A stretch of DNA of 64,000 bases. Origin: Alphaproteobacteria bacterium (lineage in GTDB: Bacteria; Pseudomonadota; Alphaproteobacteria; UBA828). The stretch lies in NCBI GenBank assembly GCA_965237415.1, contig CBDEFM010000002.1:1024001-1088000 (forward strand), given 5' to 3'. Shown in pieces: positions 10,253 through 21,095 of the stretch. The translations under genes were made by a program, and so were the position numbers. The notes under the pieces were generated by a model that made no database searches, was not told where the DNA came from, and saw nothing but the letters and a program-made list of their open reading frames with translations. Numbering within the stretch: the stretch's first letter is position 1; every line of letters starts with the position of its first letter.

Positions 10253-11140
10253 CTAATCCCTGAGCGACACTTCGCGCAGGCCGTCAGCCAGCAGGTTGAA
10301 GCCGAGCACCAGCAGTGACACCGCACAGGCGGGCAGGATCGCCATGTGGGGGAAGCCGCCGGAGACGAAGGCGCGGGTCTCGGTGATCATCCCGCCCCAG
10401 TCCGGGTCAGGCGGCGGCAGGCCGAGACCGAGGAAGCCCAGCGCACCGATGGTGATCGTCGTGTAGCCCATGCGCAGGCAGAAATCGACGATCAAGGGCC
10501 CGCGCGCGTTGGGCAGGATCTCCACCAGCATGATGTACCAGGACCCCTCGCCCCGGGTCTGGGCCGCGGCGATGTAATCGCGGGTGGCGATGTCCATCGT
10601 GACGCCGCGTACGATGCGCATGACGCCGGGCGACGACGCGAAGACGACCGCGAAGATGATGTTGATCCCCGACGCGCCGACCTTCGCGATGATCAGCACG
10701 TAGAGCACCATGATGGGGAAGGAGAGAATGACGTTGGCGACGAACGAGAGAAGCTCGTCCAGGTAGCCCCGGAAGTAGCCGGCCGCGAGGCCCATGAGGA
10801 TGCCCACGACGTAGGCGCAGGCCGTGGCCGCGGTGGCGTAGAACAGCACCCGCTGACCGCCGAAGATGATCCGCGACAGAATGTCCCGGCCCAGGTGATC
10901 CGTGCCCAGCAGGAAGACGCGCCCGTCCGGCCCCTCCGCGCCCGGAAAGACGAAGGGCACCATCGTCGCATTGGGGTCGAAGGGCGCGATGAACTCCGCG
11001 AAGATCGCCAGGATTACGAACATCAGGACGATGGCGCCGCCGATCATGCCGACCGGACTCTCCCGAAGCAGCATGACCGGCCGGAGCGCCGATGCGATAT
11101 TCGTGCCCAGCCTGGCAGCCGGCTCGCGGGCGACACTCAT
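10253..11140 (-). CDS. DppC/OppC-type ABC permease
   Basis: LGTDHLGRDILSR, hydrophobic helices, LADGLRE end. Confidence 0.92.
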   Translation of the reverse strand: MSVAREPAARLGTNIASALRPVMLLRESPVGMIGGAIVLMFVILAIFAEFIAPFDPNATMVPFVFPGAEGPDGRVFLLGTDHLGRDILSRIIFGGQRVLFYATAATACAYVVGILMGLAAGYFRGYLDELLSFVANVILSFPIMVLYVLIIAKVGASGINIIFAVVFASSPGVMRIVRGVTMDIATRDYIAAAQTRGEGSWYIMLVEILPNARGPLIVDFCLRMGYTTITIGALGFLGLGLPPPDPDWGGMITETRAFVSGGFPHMAILPACAVSLLVLGFNLLADGLREVSLRD

Positions 11141-11150
11141 GCGGAGCGCC

Positions 11151-12083
11151 TCATTTGAACCGAATCCTCGGGTTCAGGTAGGTGTAGCCGAGGTCGCCCA
11201 CGGTTTGCGTAAAGACGGCAACGAAGACTGCCGCCGTGCCGCAGGCCTCGATGACGAAGATATCGCGCCGGAGCGCCGCCTCCAGCAGCAGCGCGCCGAA
11301 TCCCTTGTAGCCGAACGCGAACTCGGTCACGACCACGCCCGAGAGCAGCCAATTGATCTGCAGCATGATCACGGTGAAGGGCGCGATCAGCGCGTTCCGG
11401 AGCGCGTGCTTCATGATGATACGCCGGTAGGGCAGGCCCTTGAGCACCGCGGTTCGGATGTAGGGCGTGGTCATCACCTCGGCCATCGACGCCCGGGTCA
11501 TCCGCGCGATGTAGCCGAAACCGTAGAGGGTGAGAACGAACACCGGCAAAATCATCTGGACCGGGTCGAAGCCGGAGGTCATCGACGAGGTTCCCGGCAG
11601 CCAGCCCAGCCAGAAGACGAAGATCCCGACGAGGAAGACCGCGCTCGCGTATTCCGGGATCGAGGTGGTGATGATGGAGAAGACCGAGATCGCCCGATCC
11701 TGCGTCGAGCCTTCCTTCATGCCCGCCAGCACGCCGAGGGTGAGCCCGATCAGGACCATGATGACGAAGGTGACGCCGGCCAGGATGCCGGTATTGCCGA
11801 GGCGGTCCCAGAAAATCTCGTTTACGGGCCGCTTGTAGATGACTGATTGGCCCAGGTCGCCGCCAAGCATCCGGCCGATCCACTCGAAATAGCGGATGAA
11901 AATGGAGCGGTCGTAGCCGTTCTCGACGACCCAGGCGTCGAGCTGCTGGACCTGTGCGTAGGGGCCGAGGACACTGCGCGCGATGAGCCGCGGATCGCCC
12001 TCGTTGATGAGGAACAGCAGCAGCGCGACGACCAGCATGATGAGAACCATCATGCCGACCCGCCTTACGATCAGTTGGACCAT
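11151..12083 (-). CDS. DppB/OppB-type ABC permease
   Basis: GDLGQS, YIRTAVLKGL, HALRNAL, LNPRIR end. Confidence 0.92.
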   Translation of the reverse strand: MVQLIVRRVGMMVLIMLVVALLLFLINEGDPRLIARSVLGPYAQVQQLDAWVVENGYDRSIFIRYFEWIGRMLGGDLGQSVIYKRPVNEIFWDRLGNTGILAGVTFVIMVLIGLTLGVLAGMKEGSTQDRAISVFSIITTSIPEYASAVFLVGIFVFWLGWLPGTSSMTSGFDPVQMILPVFVLTLYGFGYIARMTRASMAEVMTTPYIRTAVLKGLPYRRIIMKHALRNALIAPFTVIMLQINWLLSGVVVTEFAFGYKGFGALLLEAALRRDIFVIEACGTAAVFVAVFTQTVGDLGYTYLNPRIRFK

Positions 12084-12135
12084 GTCGGTCTCCGACCGTC
12101 AGACAGTACCCACACGCGCGCAGCTCCCCGCGGCG

Positions 12136-12173
12136 AAAAACGCGGCGCGGGAGCCCGGAGCCTCCCGCGCCGC
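12136..12173 (-). terminator. Intrinsic terminator / stabilising hairpin after solute-binding gene
   Basis: 12-bp stem GCGGCGCGGGAG/CTCCCGCGCCGC (12142-12173) followed on the minus strand by GTTTTT. Confidence 0.7.
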
Positions 12174-12180
12174 TCGTCGC

Positions 12181-13905
12181 TTACGCGTCGTCCAACCACA
12201 CGTTGTGGAACTGATGATACAGCGTCGGATGGGTCTGGTGGCCTTTGACCCGCTTGTTCGACGCCTTGTAGACCGAGCGCCAGAAGGGCTGCGGGACGAT
12301 CGCGTCGTCCTGAATGATCTTCTGGCAGACCGCCATCTTCGTCCTGCGCTCCTCAACGTCGAGGGTGCCCTCGGCATCGTCGAGCGCCGCATCGAAGGCC
12401 GGGTTGTCGTAGGCGCATTCGTTCCACGGCACGCCGGCCCGGTATGCAAGGCCGAGCACCATGGTGCCGAGCGGCCGATGCGTCCACGCCGTGTAACCCC
12501 ACGGTGCCTTGTCCCAGACCTCCCAGTACTGATTGGACGGCATCTTGTTGATGTCGATGTCGATGCCCGCCGGCGCCGCCTGGTTCTTGAAGATTGCGCA
12601 GGCGTCCGTCATCCAGGGACCCTCGGTATCGCCGTTGGCGATCTCCAGCGTGATCCCGTCGGGATAACCGGCCTCCGCCAGCAACGCCTTCGCCTTCTCG
12701 ATATCCCGCTTGAGCGGCGGCAGCGCCGCATATTCGGGATGGATCGGGCAGACATGGTGATTCTCGGCAATCTGACCTCGGCCCTGGAACGCCTTGTCCA
12801 GGATCTCCTGGTGGTCCATGCAGGCCGCGACCGCCTGGCGAAGCTTGAGATTGTCGAAAGGCGCCTCGCTGATGCGGAAGCGCATGACCGCGGTCTGCGC
12901 GGTCGTCACCGGGTGAATATCCACGAAGGGCAGAGCCTGCGCCGCGTCGATGAGGTTGTTCGGCAGGCGGAAGACCATGTCCACCTGCTGCGACGCGAGC
13001 GCCGCGATCCAGGCGTTGGTGTCCTCACCATGGTCGAAATAGTGGATCTCATCGAGGTGGAACGGGCCGGCCCACCAGTCCCGCGCCTTCCGCATGATGG
13101 CCCTTTCGCCGAGCGCGTACTCGGCCAGCTCAAACGGGCCGGTGCCGATGGGATTTGCCGAGAGATCGGCATCGTAATCCACACCGAAGCCCCGGTGCAC
13201 GATGGCGGTCGGATAGTTGTAGAAGTTCTCCGGCATGGCCAGAGCGGCCTGCTTCAGGTTGAACTGGATGGTGTGATCGTCGATCACCTCCACCGCGCCC
13301 GCGATGCCCCGCGGCTGGCCGTCCTCGCCCTCCTCGACCATGGCGCCGAAGAGGCCAAGGTTCGATGAACCAACCGCCGGGTCGAGCCAGCGGTTGACCG
13401 TGTGGGCGACGTCGGCCGAGGTGAAGGCGTCGCCGTTCGACCAGGTGATGCCTTCGTTCAAGTGGAACACCCAGGTCGCGAGATCGTCGGAGGCCTCCCA
13501 ACTCTTGGCGAGATAGGGGACCGTGACGTTGTCGGATTTCGTCCGCGTCAGATACTCCACCATGAGGCGCGAGACGTTCGACCTCTCCGTCCAGGGGAAG
13601 GTCGCCGGGTCGGTCATCTCCTGCACGCGCATGGAAACCCTGAGCGTGCCGCCCGCCTTGGGCATCTCGTCCGCCATCGCCGATCCGATGATGCCGCCGC
13701 CGAGCTTGTCGGCCATGGCGTAGACCGTGCCGGTCGCCACGCCGAGCAGCGCCGCCTGGCGCAGGAAATCGCGCCGGCTGATCCTGCCCGTCTGAAGCTG
13801 GTCGCAGAGCTCCGGCATATAGGAGTGAGTCTCGGCGCCTAACGCGCGCTCCGACGGCAGCGTGTACCGCCGCGGGTCACGGCTTAACACTTTCTTGTCT
13901 TTCAT
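12181..13905 (-). CDS. Family 5 ABC substrate-binding protein, Tat-exported
   Basis: SRRDFLR, PYLAKSWE, WSNGDAFTSADV, PIGTGPF motifs. Confidence 0.92.
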   Translation of the reverse strand: MKDKKVLSRDPRRYTLPSERALGAETHSYMPELCDQLQTGRISRRDFLRQAALLGVATGTVYAMADKLGGGIIGSAMADEMPKAGGTLRVSMRVQEMTDPATFPWTERSNVSRLMVEYLTRTKSDNVTVPYLAKSWEASDDLATWVFHLNEGITWSNGDAFTSADVAHTVNRWLDPAVGSSNLGLFGAMVEEGEDGQPRGIAGAVEVIDDHTIQFNLKQAALAMPENFYNYPTAIVHRGFGVDYDADLSANPIGTGPFELAEYALGERAIMRKARDWWAGPFHLDEIHYFDHGEDTNAWIAALASQQVDMVFRLPNNLIDAAQALPFVDIHPVTTAQTAVMRFRISEAPFDNLKLRQAVAACMDHQEILDKAFQGRGQIAENHHVCPIHPEYAALPPLKRDIEKAKALLAEAGYPDGITLEIANGDTEGPWMTDACAIFKNQAAPAGIDIDINKMPSNQYWEVWDKAPWGYTAWTHRPLGTMVLGLAYRAGVPWNECAYDNPAFDAALDDAEGTLDVEERRTKMAVCQKIIQDDAIVPQPFWRSVYKASNKRVKGHQTHPTLYHQFHNVWLDDA

Positions 13906-14125
13906 GAGTTTGTCCTCCGTTTGTTGCTCCGTGCCGGCACCGCTCGATCCCGATGCAAACAGTGCACCGATCTCGGTAGAGGTGCGCGCGGCCCCATACT
14001 CCCTGCTTTAATCGCCAAGCCTAACCCATAGCCGACCGTCTGTCGCCCTCGTCCCCGGCGAGGGGCAGGCGCGCCGTCGCACCGGGCCGTAATGAGTGGC
14101 GAGGGAGGACGAGTGCAGACACATA

Positions 14126-16612
14126 TCAGTTCCGCATCCGCCCGCCGTTAGGATCGTAGAGCGGCGTGGTCTGCACGCGTGCCGGGAACATCTCCCCCAG
14201 GATCTCGACGTCGAAGCGCTCGTCGGTCGTTGCGATCTCGGTCGGTACGTAGCCCATCGCCAAGGATTGCCCGACGTGATGCGCGTAGCCGCCGGAGGAG
14301 ACATAGCCGACCGCAGCACCCTCCCGCAGGATCGCCTCGTCGTTCGAGACGTCGATGGGCTCGCCGTCGATCATGGGCGAGTCGATGACAAGCGGTACCA
14401 GGCGCTTTGCGGGCCCCGCCCGGCGCTCCGCCTCCGCCGCCGCCTTGCCGACGAATTCCTTGTCCCATTGGATGAAGGCGTCGAGGCCGCTTTCGGCCGC
14501 CGTGAAGTCGGGCCGATAGTCGAGGGTCCAGACACCCCAGGCCTTCTCCAGCCTGAGCGACATCAGCGCGCGCGCGCCGTACCAACGGAGGCCGAGATCC
14601 GCGCCCGCCCCCTCGACCGCCTCCGCCAAGGCAATCTGGTACTGCGGCGCGACGTAGATCTCGTAGCCGAGCTCGCCCGAGAAGCTGAGCCGCGAGACGA
14701 TGGCCGGTACGCCGCCGACGAACATCTGGCGGATATCGCGAAAGCGGAACGCCTCAGCGGACACGTCGGCCCGGGTGATCCGGGCCAGCAGATCGCGCGA
14801 GTTCGGGCCCGAGAGCCCGATGCCGTGCAGGTCATCCGAACGGTTGCGGTAGTCGACGCCCGTTCCGAGGCGTTGCCCGAACCAGCGCCGGTGCGCCTCC
14901 TGCATCGCGCCTGAGCCGAACACCATGAAGTTGTCTTCGGACAAGCACGCGACGGTGAGGTCGCCATAGAGCTTGCCCTTCTCCGTCAGCATAGGGGTGA
15001 GCGCGAGGCGACCCGGCTTCGGCACGCGACCGGCCAGCACACGATTCAGGAAGGCGCGGGCGCCGGGGCCGGTAAACGCGTGCTTGGAGTAGTTGGCGAT
15101 CTCGATGCAGCCCACGGCCTCGCGGACCGCCTTCACCTCCTGCGCCACGTAGTCATGCGCGCGGGAGCGTCGGAAGGACGGATCCTCATGGGCGTCCCCG
15201 GGACCGCCGGCAAACCAGAGCGCGTGCTCCAGCCCGAATCCCTGGTCCATGACTGCGCCATTCGCAACCAGCCGGTCGTAGAGCGCGGTGGTCTTCTGGC
15301 GCCGGCCCTTCGGCAGGGTTTCGTTGGGGAACGTCATCACGAAGCGGCGTTCGTAGTTCTCCGACGACTTGACCGTGCCCCACTCGGGTGTCGCGAACTC
15401 GCCGAAGCGGGCGATGTCCATCGCCCACACGTCGATCGAAGGCTCGCCGTCGATCATCCACTCGGCGATGCTGCGCCCGACGCCGCCGCCCTGGCAGAAG
15501 CCCGCCATGACGCCCACCGCGACCCAGTAGTTCCGCATCCCCGGCACCGGGCCGATCAGGGGGTTGCCATCGGGGCCGAAGGTGAAGGGGCCGCAGATGA
15601 TGTCCTTGATCCCCGCCTCGCCGAGCGTCGGGATACGCTCGAACGACATCTCCAGCCGGTCGGCGATGCGGTCGAGATCGGGCGGCAGCAGCTCCTGACC
15701 GAAGTCGAGCGGCGTGCCGGAGACGTTCCACGGGGTCGACTTCGGCTCGTAGGTGCCGAGCAGGACGCCCTGCCGCTCCTGCCGGAAATAAATGTTGGCC
15801 TCGTAGTCGATGCCGCCCGGCAGGCGGCCGGCCCCCCCCTCCCCCATCCGCTCGACGATCGCCGGGATCGGCTCGGTGATGAGGTAGTGGTGCTCCATCG
15901 GCTGAATGGGGAGCGCGGCTCCCGCCATCTCCCCCACCTCGCGCGCCCACAACCCGCCGCAGTTCACGACGTGCTCGGCATGGACCGTGCCGCGCGGCGT
16001 GACCACGTCCCACGAGCCGTCCGGCCGCTGGTTCGTCTCCACCACCGGGGTGTGCGTGAAGTACTGCGCGCCGTGCACGCGGGCCGACTTGGCGAAGGCG
16101 TAGGTCGCGCCGGAGGGGTCGAGATCGCCGTCGAGCTCGTCCCAGAGAGCCGCGTAATAGTGCTTCGGGTCGATCAGCGGATGGCGCTCCGCCACCTCCC
16201 TGGGCGAGATGAACTCCTGGTCCAGCCCCATGTAGCGCGCCTTGGAGCGCTCGCGCTTCAGATAGTCGTACCAGTCCCGCGTGGACGCGAGATAGAAGCC
16301 GCCGGTGTTGTTCAGGCCGACGGACTGACCCGAGGTCTCCTCAATTTCCTTGTAGAGGTTGATCGTATAGCCCTGCAGGCGGGAGATATTGGGATCGGAC
16401 GAAAGCGTGTGGATCATCCCGGCCGCGTGCCACGACGATCCGGCAGTGAGCTCGTGCCGCTCAAGCAGGATGACGTCCTTCCACCCGAATTTCGCGAGGT
16501 GGAAGAGGATTGAGCAACCGACCACGCCGCCGCCGATGACGACCACTCTGGCATGACTGGGAAGCGGCTTGCCGGCGGTGCCAGCGCTTTCGTCTCGTCG
16601 AATTTCAGGCAT
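14126..16612 (-). CDS. GcvT-family FAD-dependent oxidoreductase (dimethylglycine/sarcosine dehydrogenase-like)
   Basis: VVIGGGVVG FAD motif, SSWHAAG, C-terminal GcvT domain (SFSGELGYE, SLRLEK, YDPNG). Confidence 0.9.
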   Translation of the reverse strand: MPEIRRDESAGTAGKPLPSHARVVVIGGGVVGCSILFHLAKFGWKDVILLERHELTAGSSWHAAGMIHTLSSDPNISRLQGYTINLYKEIEETSGQSVGLNNTGGFYLASTRDWYDYLKRERSKARYMGLDQEFISPREVAERHPLIDPKHYYAALWDELDGDLDPSGATYAFAKSARVHGAQYFTHTPVVETNQRPDGSWDVVTPRGTVHAEHVVNCGGLWAREVGEMAGAALPIQPMEHHYLITEPIPAIVERMGEGGAGRLPGGIDYEANIYFRQERQGVLLGTYEPKSTPWNVSGTPLDFGQELLPPDLDRIADRLEMSFERIPTLGEAGIKDIICGPFTFGPDGNPLIGPVPGMRNYWVAVGVMAGFCQGGGVGRSIAEWMIDGEPSIDVWAMDIARFGEFATPEWGTVKSSENYERRFVMTFPNETLPKGRRQKTTALYDRLVANGAVMDQGFGLEHALWFAGGPGDAHEDPSFRRSRAHDYVAQEVKAVREAVGCIEIANYSKHAFTGPGARAFLNRVLAGRVPKPGRLALTPMLTEKGKLYGDLTVACLSEDNFMVFGSGAMQEAHRRWFGQRLGTGVDYRNRSDDLHGIGLSGPNSRDLLARITRADVSAEAFRFRDIRQMFVGGVPAIVSRLSFSGELGYEIYVAPQYQIALAEAVEGAGADLGLRWYGARALMSLRLEKAWGVWTLDYRPDFTAAESGLDAFIQWDKEFVGKAAAEAERRAGPAKRLVPLVIDSPMIDGEPIDVSNDEAILREGAAVGYVSSGGYAHHVGQSLAMGYVPTEIATTDERFDVEILGEMFPARVQTTPLYDPNGGRMRN

Positions 16613-16749
16613 GTCGGCGCTCTCCCGGTTTCAGAACGGCCGGCGCACGCATCGCGAATGGGCTGCCACACATCCCCCGCCCTCATACCATCCGAGGGCG
16701 TGGGGCCGTTGGCTTCTATGAGACGTGTTTTCGTCGGATTCCGGCAGGA

Positions 16750-18363
16750 TCACTCGATCGACCCGCCGCTGGCGGTGCGCCAATAGGGAATAGCGGCGGC
16801 GAAGGTGCGCCAATCCTCGGCGGTTTGGTCCCGGGTCTCCTTGCGTACGCGGGCGTGCCAGCCAATCACCTGCCCGGCGCCCACCCCGATCGCAGCGAAA
16901 TCGACGCTTTCCCGGTGGGTGGCGAGCAACTCTTTCAAACAACGCTCAGCGACGGCAGCGTCGTTGAGTCGGCCGAGGTCGTCCTGGAGCCTGCGCAAAG
17001 CCCTGATATAGGGGCGCGGCTTGCCGTCGGGGAATTGAGCGGCGAAAAACTCGCCCGCGTAGCGCAGCTTCTTGAGCGCGATCCTGAGCCTGTGAAGACG
17101 GTCGTCCGAGAGTCGCGCGAAATTGCGTCCGCGCTTAAGCACCCGCTCGTGCCGCCTGTCGAGCAGGGCCCCCCCGAGACTCGCGAGCGGCCGGTCGAGT
17201 AAGGCGCCGTTCGCCTCGCCCCGCCAACCCGCGGTTTCGATCCACCGGCCAAAGCGGAGCAAGAATGACGTGTGTTCTGGCGCGCGCAACGCCTCCGCCT
17301 GCTCGTAGGCGCGCGCCCGTTCCGCCTCGGCCGCAACTGCGAGACACTCGAGAGTTGTGTCGTCCGGCCGAGCGCGCCGGACCGCGGCGAGCGTCTCGGT
17401 GATAAACACGTCCCAGTCGCGCGCCGGGCCAAGCAGATCGATAAGACGGCAGGCCTCCCGCTCCAACCAGGCGGCGTCCTCGGCCGGGAGAACAGTCTTG
17501 AAGACCACGAGGGCCGAGCGCATCCGGCGCAAAGCGACGCGAAACTGGTGCACGCCTTCAGGATCGCTGCGGTCCAGCACCGCATCGTGGTTCGCGGCGC
17601 ATTGGTTGGCGCAGGTGCGAAAAATCTTGCCGAGGGCCTCATCCACGGAGATGCCCTCCGCGAGCGCGAGGGCCGGCGCCTTGTAGCCGGCATAACTCTC
17701 CCCGCCGGCGAGGACGTAGCCGCGCTTCGCCTTGCTCGCCGTCTGTATGCTGAGCGGCGCCGAGGCTTGCAGCGTGAGGGCGAGCTCGTAGAGAGCGCTC
17801 GCCGGCCCCTCGATCAGTTCGAGCTCCAACTCGGCGATGGTGTCGAATCTGTTCCGCGCCCTGATCTCCCCGCTATCGAGCGCGAGCTCGACCAGGGCCG
17901 TGCCATGATCGGGTGCTGTGACCTCGACCACGGCGGTGCGACGCATGACGTCGGTGGAGAACGCGGGCGCCAGCTCCGCCGCTTGCAGTGGCCCTATAGC
18001 GTCGCGGATCGCCGGGTCGGATACGACGGGAAGGCTCGGCACCGGCGCCTCGACCGTGCGCGACCATTCGTTGCGCTTGAGTACGGCGCCGGCTGACGAC
18101 GGACCGTCCGACTTCAGGGTCTGGACCAGCCGTTCCCCGTCCTCGCGGATACGCAACGTGAAGCCGCGCCGGCGCAGGCGGAAATCGCCGGTATCGAAAT
18201 AGGTGCTGCGCAGCCGCCGCGATGGGCTGCCTCCGCCCGCGGGGACAGCCGCGCGCCAGCCGCGGTCGAGGGCAGCGGGATCGCCGCCGAGCTTAAGCTC
18301 GATCTCGAGCACGGAATCGCCTCCCGCGGCGTCCGCTCCTGCCCCGCCGTTTGCCTTGCCCAT
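16750..18363 (-). CDS. CYTH + CHAD domain protein
   Basis: EIELKL, STYFDT, LRIR, ELELEL, SKAKRGY (CYTH); VHQFRVALRRMRS, RDWDV, LHRLRIALKKLRY, LQDDLGRLND (CHAD); start uncertain. Confidence 0.9.
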   Translation of the reverse strand: MGKANGGAGADAAGGDSVLEIELKLGGDPAALDRGWRAAVPAGGGSPSRRLRSTYFDTGDFRLRRRGFTLRIREDGERLVQTLKSDGPSSAGAVLKRNEWSRTVEAPVPSLPVVSDPAIRDAIGPLQAAELAPAFSTDVMRRTAVVEVTAPDHGTALVELALDSGEIRARNRFDTIAELELELIEGPASALYELALTLQASAPLSIQTASKAKRGYVLAGGESYAGYKAPALALAEGISVDEALGKIFRTCANQCAANHDAVLDRSDPEGVHQFRVALRRMRSALVVFKTVLPAEDAAWLEREACRLIDLLGPARDWDVFITETLAAVRRARPDDTTLECLAVAAEAERARAYEQAEALRAPEHTSFLLRFGRWIETAGWRGEANGALLDRPLASLGGALLDRRHERVLKRGRNFARLSDDRLHRLRIALKKLRYAGEFFAAQFPDGKPRPYIRALRRLQDDLGRLNDAAVAERCLKELLATHRESVDFAAIGVGAGQVIGWHARVRKETRDQTAEDWRTFAAAIPYWRTASGGSIE

Positions 18364-18633
18364 CGATCGCCGTTCCCGGTGTTGGATGCGATCCCAGCGC
18401 TGATCCGCGCGCTCTAATCCGCGTTCGGTTTCGATAGTCGCCAAACACGCATCAACCCATCAGCATAGCCCAATCGGCTCACGACCTGGAAGCGCCACCG
18501 GCAGAGGCCGCCCGGAAAACGCTGCACCGACGTTTTGAGTTGATGGCACGGCACGCATCCCCTATTCAGGAACGCAGGGCGACACGCCGAACGGCGGCGC
18601 AAGCCAACGCTCATTACGAGGAGGAATAATTCG

Positions 18634-19965
18634 ATGACCGACCGTGGAAACTCTTGGTCGAGCAACCCGCTCTCGCGGCGGACTTTTCTGAAGGGTACGG
18701 CGGCAGGGGCGGCCGCGCTCTCCGCCGCCGGCACCGGCACCTTTGCGAGCCAGGCGCGCGCGTCGGACTGGTCCGGTGAGACCCTGCGCTTCATGATCAT
18801 CAACCCGCACGCAGGCTCGATCAAACCGCTGTCCGCGGGATTCACCGAGCTCACCGGCGCCGCGGTCGAAGGGGTGAAGGTCCCCTACGACCAGATCACG
18901 GCACAATCGACGCTGGACGTGATGTCCGGCATCAACGAAATCGACGTCTTCCAGTATTGGTATGTCGACAAGGAAGCGCTGGTGCGGGACGGCGTGCTCG
19001 CCGACATCACCGACCGCATCGCGGCGGAGGAGACCGATATCGACCCCGCCGACTTCCTGGGCGCGCTCTACGACGCCTATACCCTGGTGGACGGGCGCCG
19101 CTACGGCCTGCCCTACGACGGCGACACGCACGTCCTCTTCTATAACAAGGAAATCCTCGACCGGAACGGCCTGCAGCCGCCGGCCACGTGGGACGAGTAC
19201 AACGCGGTCGCCAAGGCGGTGACGGATGCGGAATCCGCCAACGGCGTCTACGGCGCCCTGCTGATGTGCAAGCAGTTTCCGATCATCCTCTGCTCGACCT
19301 ACGCGAACCGGCTGGGCGGTTACGGCGGCGACTTCCTCGACGCCAACGGCGCGCCTGCGCTCACCAGCGATGCCGCGATCGGCGCTGCGCGGACGCTGCT
19401 TGAGGCCGGCCCCTCCGCGGTGCCGACGCCGCTGGAGACCGAGTTCGGCAACTCGATCCCCGTGTTCCTGAGCGGGGGCGCTGCCATGATCGAGTTCTGG
19501 ACCGACCTCGGCACCTGGGCGCAGGACGCCAACCAGAGCCAGATCGTCGACAAGTGGGGCGTCTTGCCCATGCCGGTCGCCGGCAGCAACACGGTCAACC
19601 GGCCGGCGATGAACGCGGGTTGGTCCTTCGGCGTCTCGTCCGGATCGCACAACCCCGAGATGGCCTGGGAGTTCGTGCGCATGTCGTCGAGCAAGGACTT
19701 CCACATCCGCGTGCTCACCGACAACACTACCGGCGTGGACCCGACCCGGCGCTCGGCCATGCCCGCCTATCGCGAATTCGCGCCGCTGCAGGCGGACGCC
19801 GTCGAGCAGGCCATTGACGACGCCTTCGCCTGGCCGACGAAGCCGGAATCGCCCAAGCTCATGCAGTCGCTCACGGACGAGCTTGGCCTGATGATGGCCG
19901 GCGACAAGACCGCCGAGCAGGCCATGGCCGATGCCCAGGCCTCCTGGGAGGATATCCTGGGCTAG
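18634..19965 (+). CDS. Carbohydrate-type ABC substrate-binding protein, Tat-exported
   Basis: SRRTFLK, YGLPYDGD..LFYNKEIL, PATWDE motifs. Confidence 0.9.
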   Translation: MTDRGNSWSSNPLSRRTFLKGTAAGAAALSAAGTGTFASQARASDWSGETLRFMIINPHAGSIKPLSAGFTELTGAAVEGVKVPYDQITAQSTLDVMSGINEIDVFQYWYVDKEALVRDGVLADITDRIAAEETDIDPADFLGALYDAYTLVDGRRYGLPYDGDTHVLFYNKEILDRNGLQPPATWDEYNAVAKAVTDAESANGVYGALLMCKQFPIILCSTYANRLGGYGGDFLDANGAPALTSDAAIGAARTLLEAGPSAVPTPLETEFGNSIPVFLSGGAAMIEFWTDLGTWAQDANQSQIVDKWGVLPMPVAGSNTVNRPAMNAGWSFGVSSGSHNPEMAWEFVRMSSSKDFHIRVLTDNTTGVDPTRRSAMPAYREFAPLQADAVEQAIDDAFAWPTKPESPKLMQSLTDELGLMMAGDKTAEQAMADAQASWEDILG

Positions 19966-20138
19966 GCATCGACTCGCCCCGTATCGAGACGCCGACAGGC
20001 GCGGAGAAACGCCCGGACACGGCGGATGGTCAACGCGATCCGAGATCGTCTGACCGAGTCCGGGCGCTGACAATACCGTGTGCCAGGCGGCCGCCGGCGT
20101 TGAGCATCCTCTAGCGGCGGCCGCCTCGATTCCCAGAC

Positions 20139-21095
20139 ATGGCTGAGCCGCAAACTGCGCCTCGGGACGCGCGAGCCGGTTCGCATGTGAGGGAGCGCCG
20201 AGCCGGCTTGCTCACTCTCGACCGGCGCAGGCTGATGGGGTGGGCGGTGGTCATGCCGCTCATCGGCGGCCTGGTCGTCTTCGCCGTCTACCCCTTCATC
20301 TACCTGATCTTCCTCTCCTTCTCCGATTCCAATCTCGGCACCCTCTTCCGCGGCTGGGTCGGCGTCGAGAACTACACGGACGCTATCGGGCAGGCGAAGT
20401 TCACCAAGTCCCTGCTTCGCTCCGCCATATTCGCGCTGATGACGACGCTGGTTTCCGTCGTGCTCGGCGTGGTCGTCGCCCTTCTCCTCGATCGCGCGGT
20501 GAAGGGCCGGCAGATCCTGCGCACGCTCATCCTCCTGCCGCTGATGACGCCGCCGATCACCGTCGCCGTCATGTGGCAGCTCTTGCTCATGCCCAAGGGG
20601 GGCTGGCTCAACAGCTTCCTCATGGACATGGCGCTCTTCAGCCGGCCGGTTAGCTTCCTGGGCTCGCCCACCATGGCGTTCCCCTTCGTGTGCCTGGCGG
20701 ACGTCTGGCAGTGGACGCCCTTCATCGCGCTGATGACTTATGCCGCCCTCCAGACCCTGCCGGAGGATGTCTACGAAGCGGCCAGGCTCGACGGCGCGTC
20801 AGGGCCCGCGATGTTCTGGAGCATCACGTTGCCAATGTTGGCGCCCGCGCTGCTCGCCATCGCGGTGCTCAAGCTCGTCATCGGCTTCAAGGTCTTCGAC
20901 CTCGTCTTCGTGCTGACCGCCGGCGGGCCGGGCCAGGCGACGACCGTCTCGAGCTTCTACATTTACCGGGTCGCGATCCAGCAGTTCGACATAGGCGCGG
21001 CAGCGGCGCAGACGCTCATGTTCGCGGTGGTCGTGGGCCTCGTCACCATCCCCTTCACCACCGCTCACGACTTCGCCGAGAAGAAGCTTTCGTGA
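20139..21095 (+). CDS. Carbohydrate ABC permease (MalF-like)
   Basis: DVWQWTPF, YEAARLDGA, FKVFD, TAGGPG. Confidence 0.92.
   Translation: MAEPQTAPRDARAGSHVRERRAGLLTLDRRRLMGWAVVMPLIGGLVVFAVYPFIYLIFLSFSDSNLGTLFRGWVGVENYTDAIGQAKFTKSLLRSAIFALMTTLVSVVLGVVVALLLDRAVKGRQILRTLILLPLMTPPITVAVMWQLLLMPKGGWLNSFLMDMALFSRPVSFLGSPTMAFPFVCLADVWQWTPFIALMTYAALQTLPEDVYEAARLDGASGPAMFWSITLPMLAPALLAIAVLKLVIGFKVFDLVFVLTAGGPGQATTVSSFYIYRVAIQQFDIGAAAAQTLMFAVVVGLVTIPFTTAHDFAEKKLS

Noticed and set aside
8013-10256. Long antisense ORFs (this 747-aa one, and 447-2195, 27183-29723, 50529-52781, 53134-55083 etc.)
   Set aside because: Shadow frames of well-supported genes, expected in high-GC DNA; no recognisable motifs
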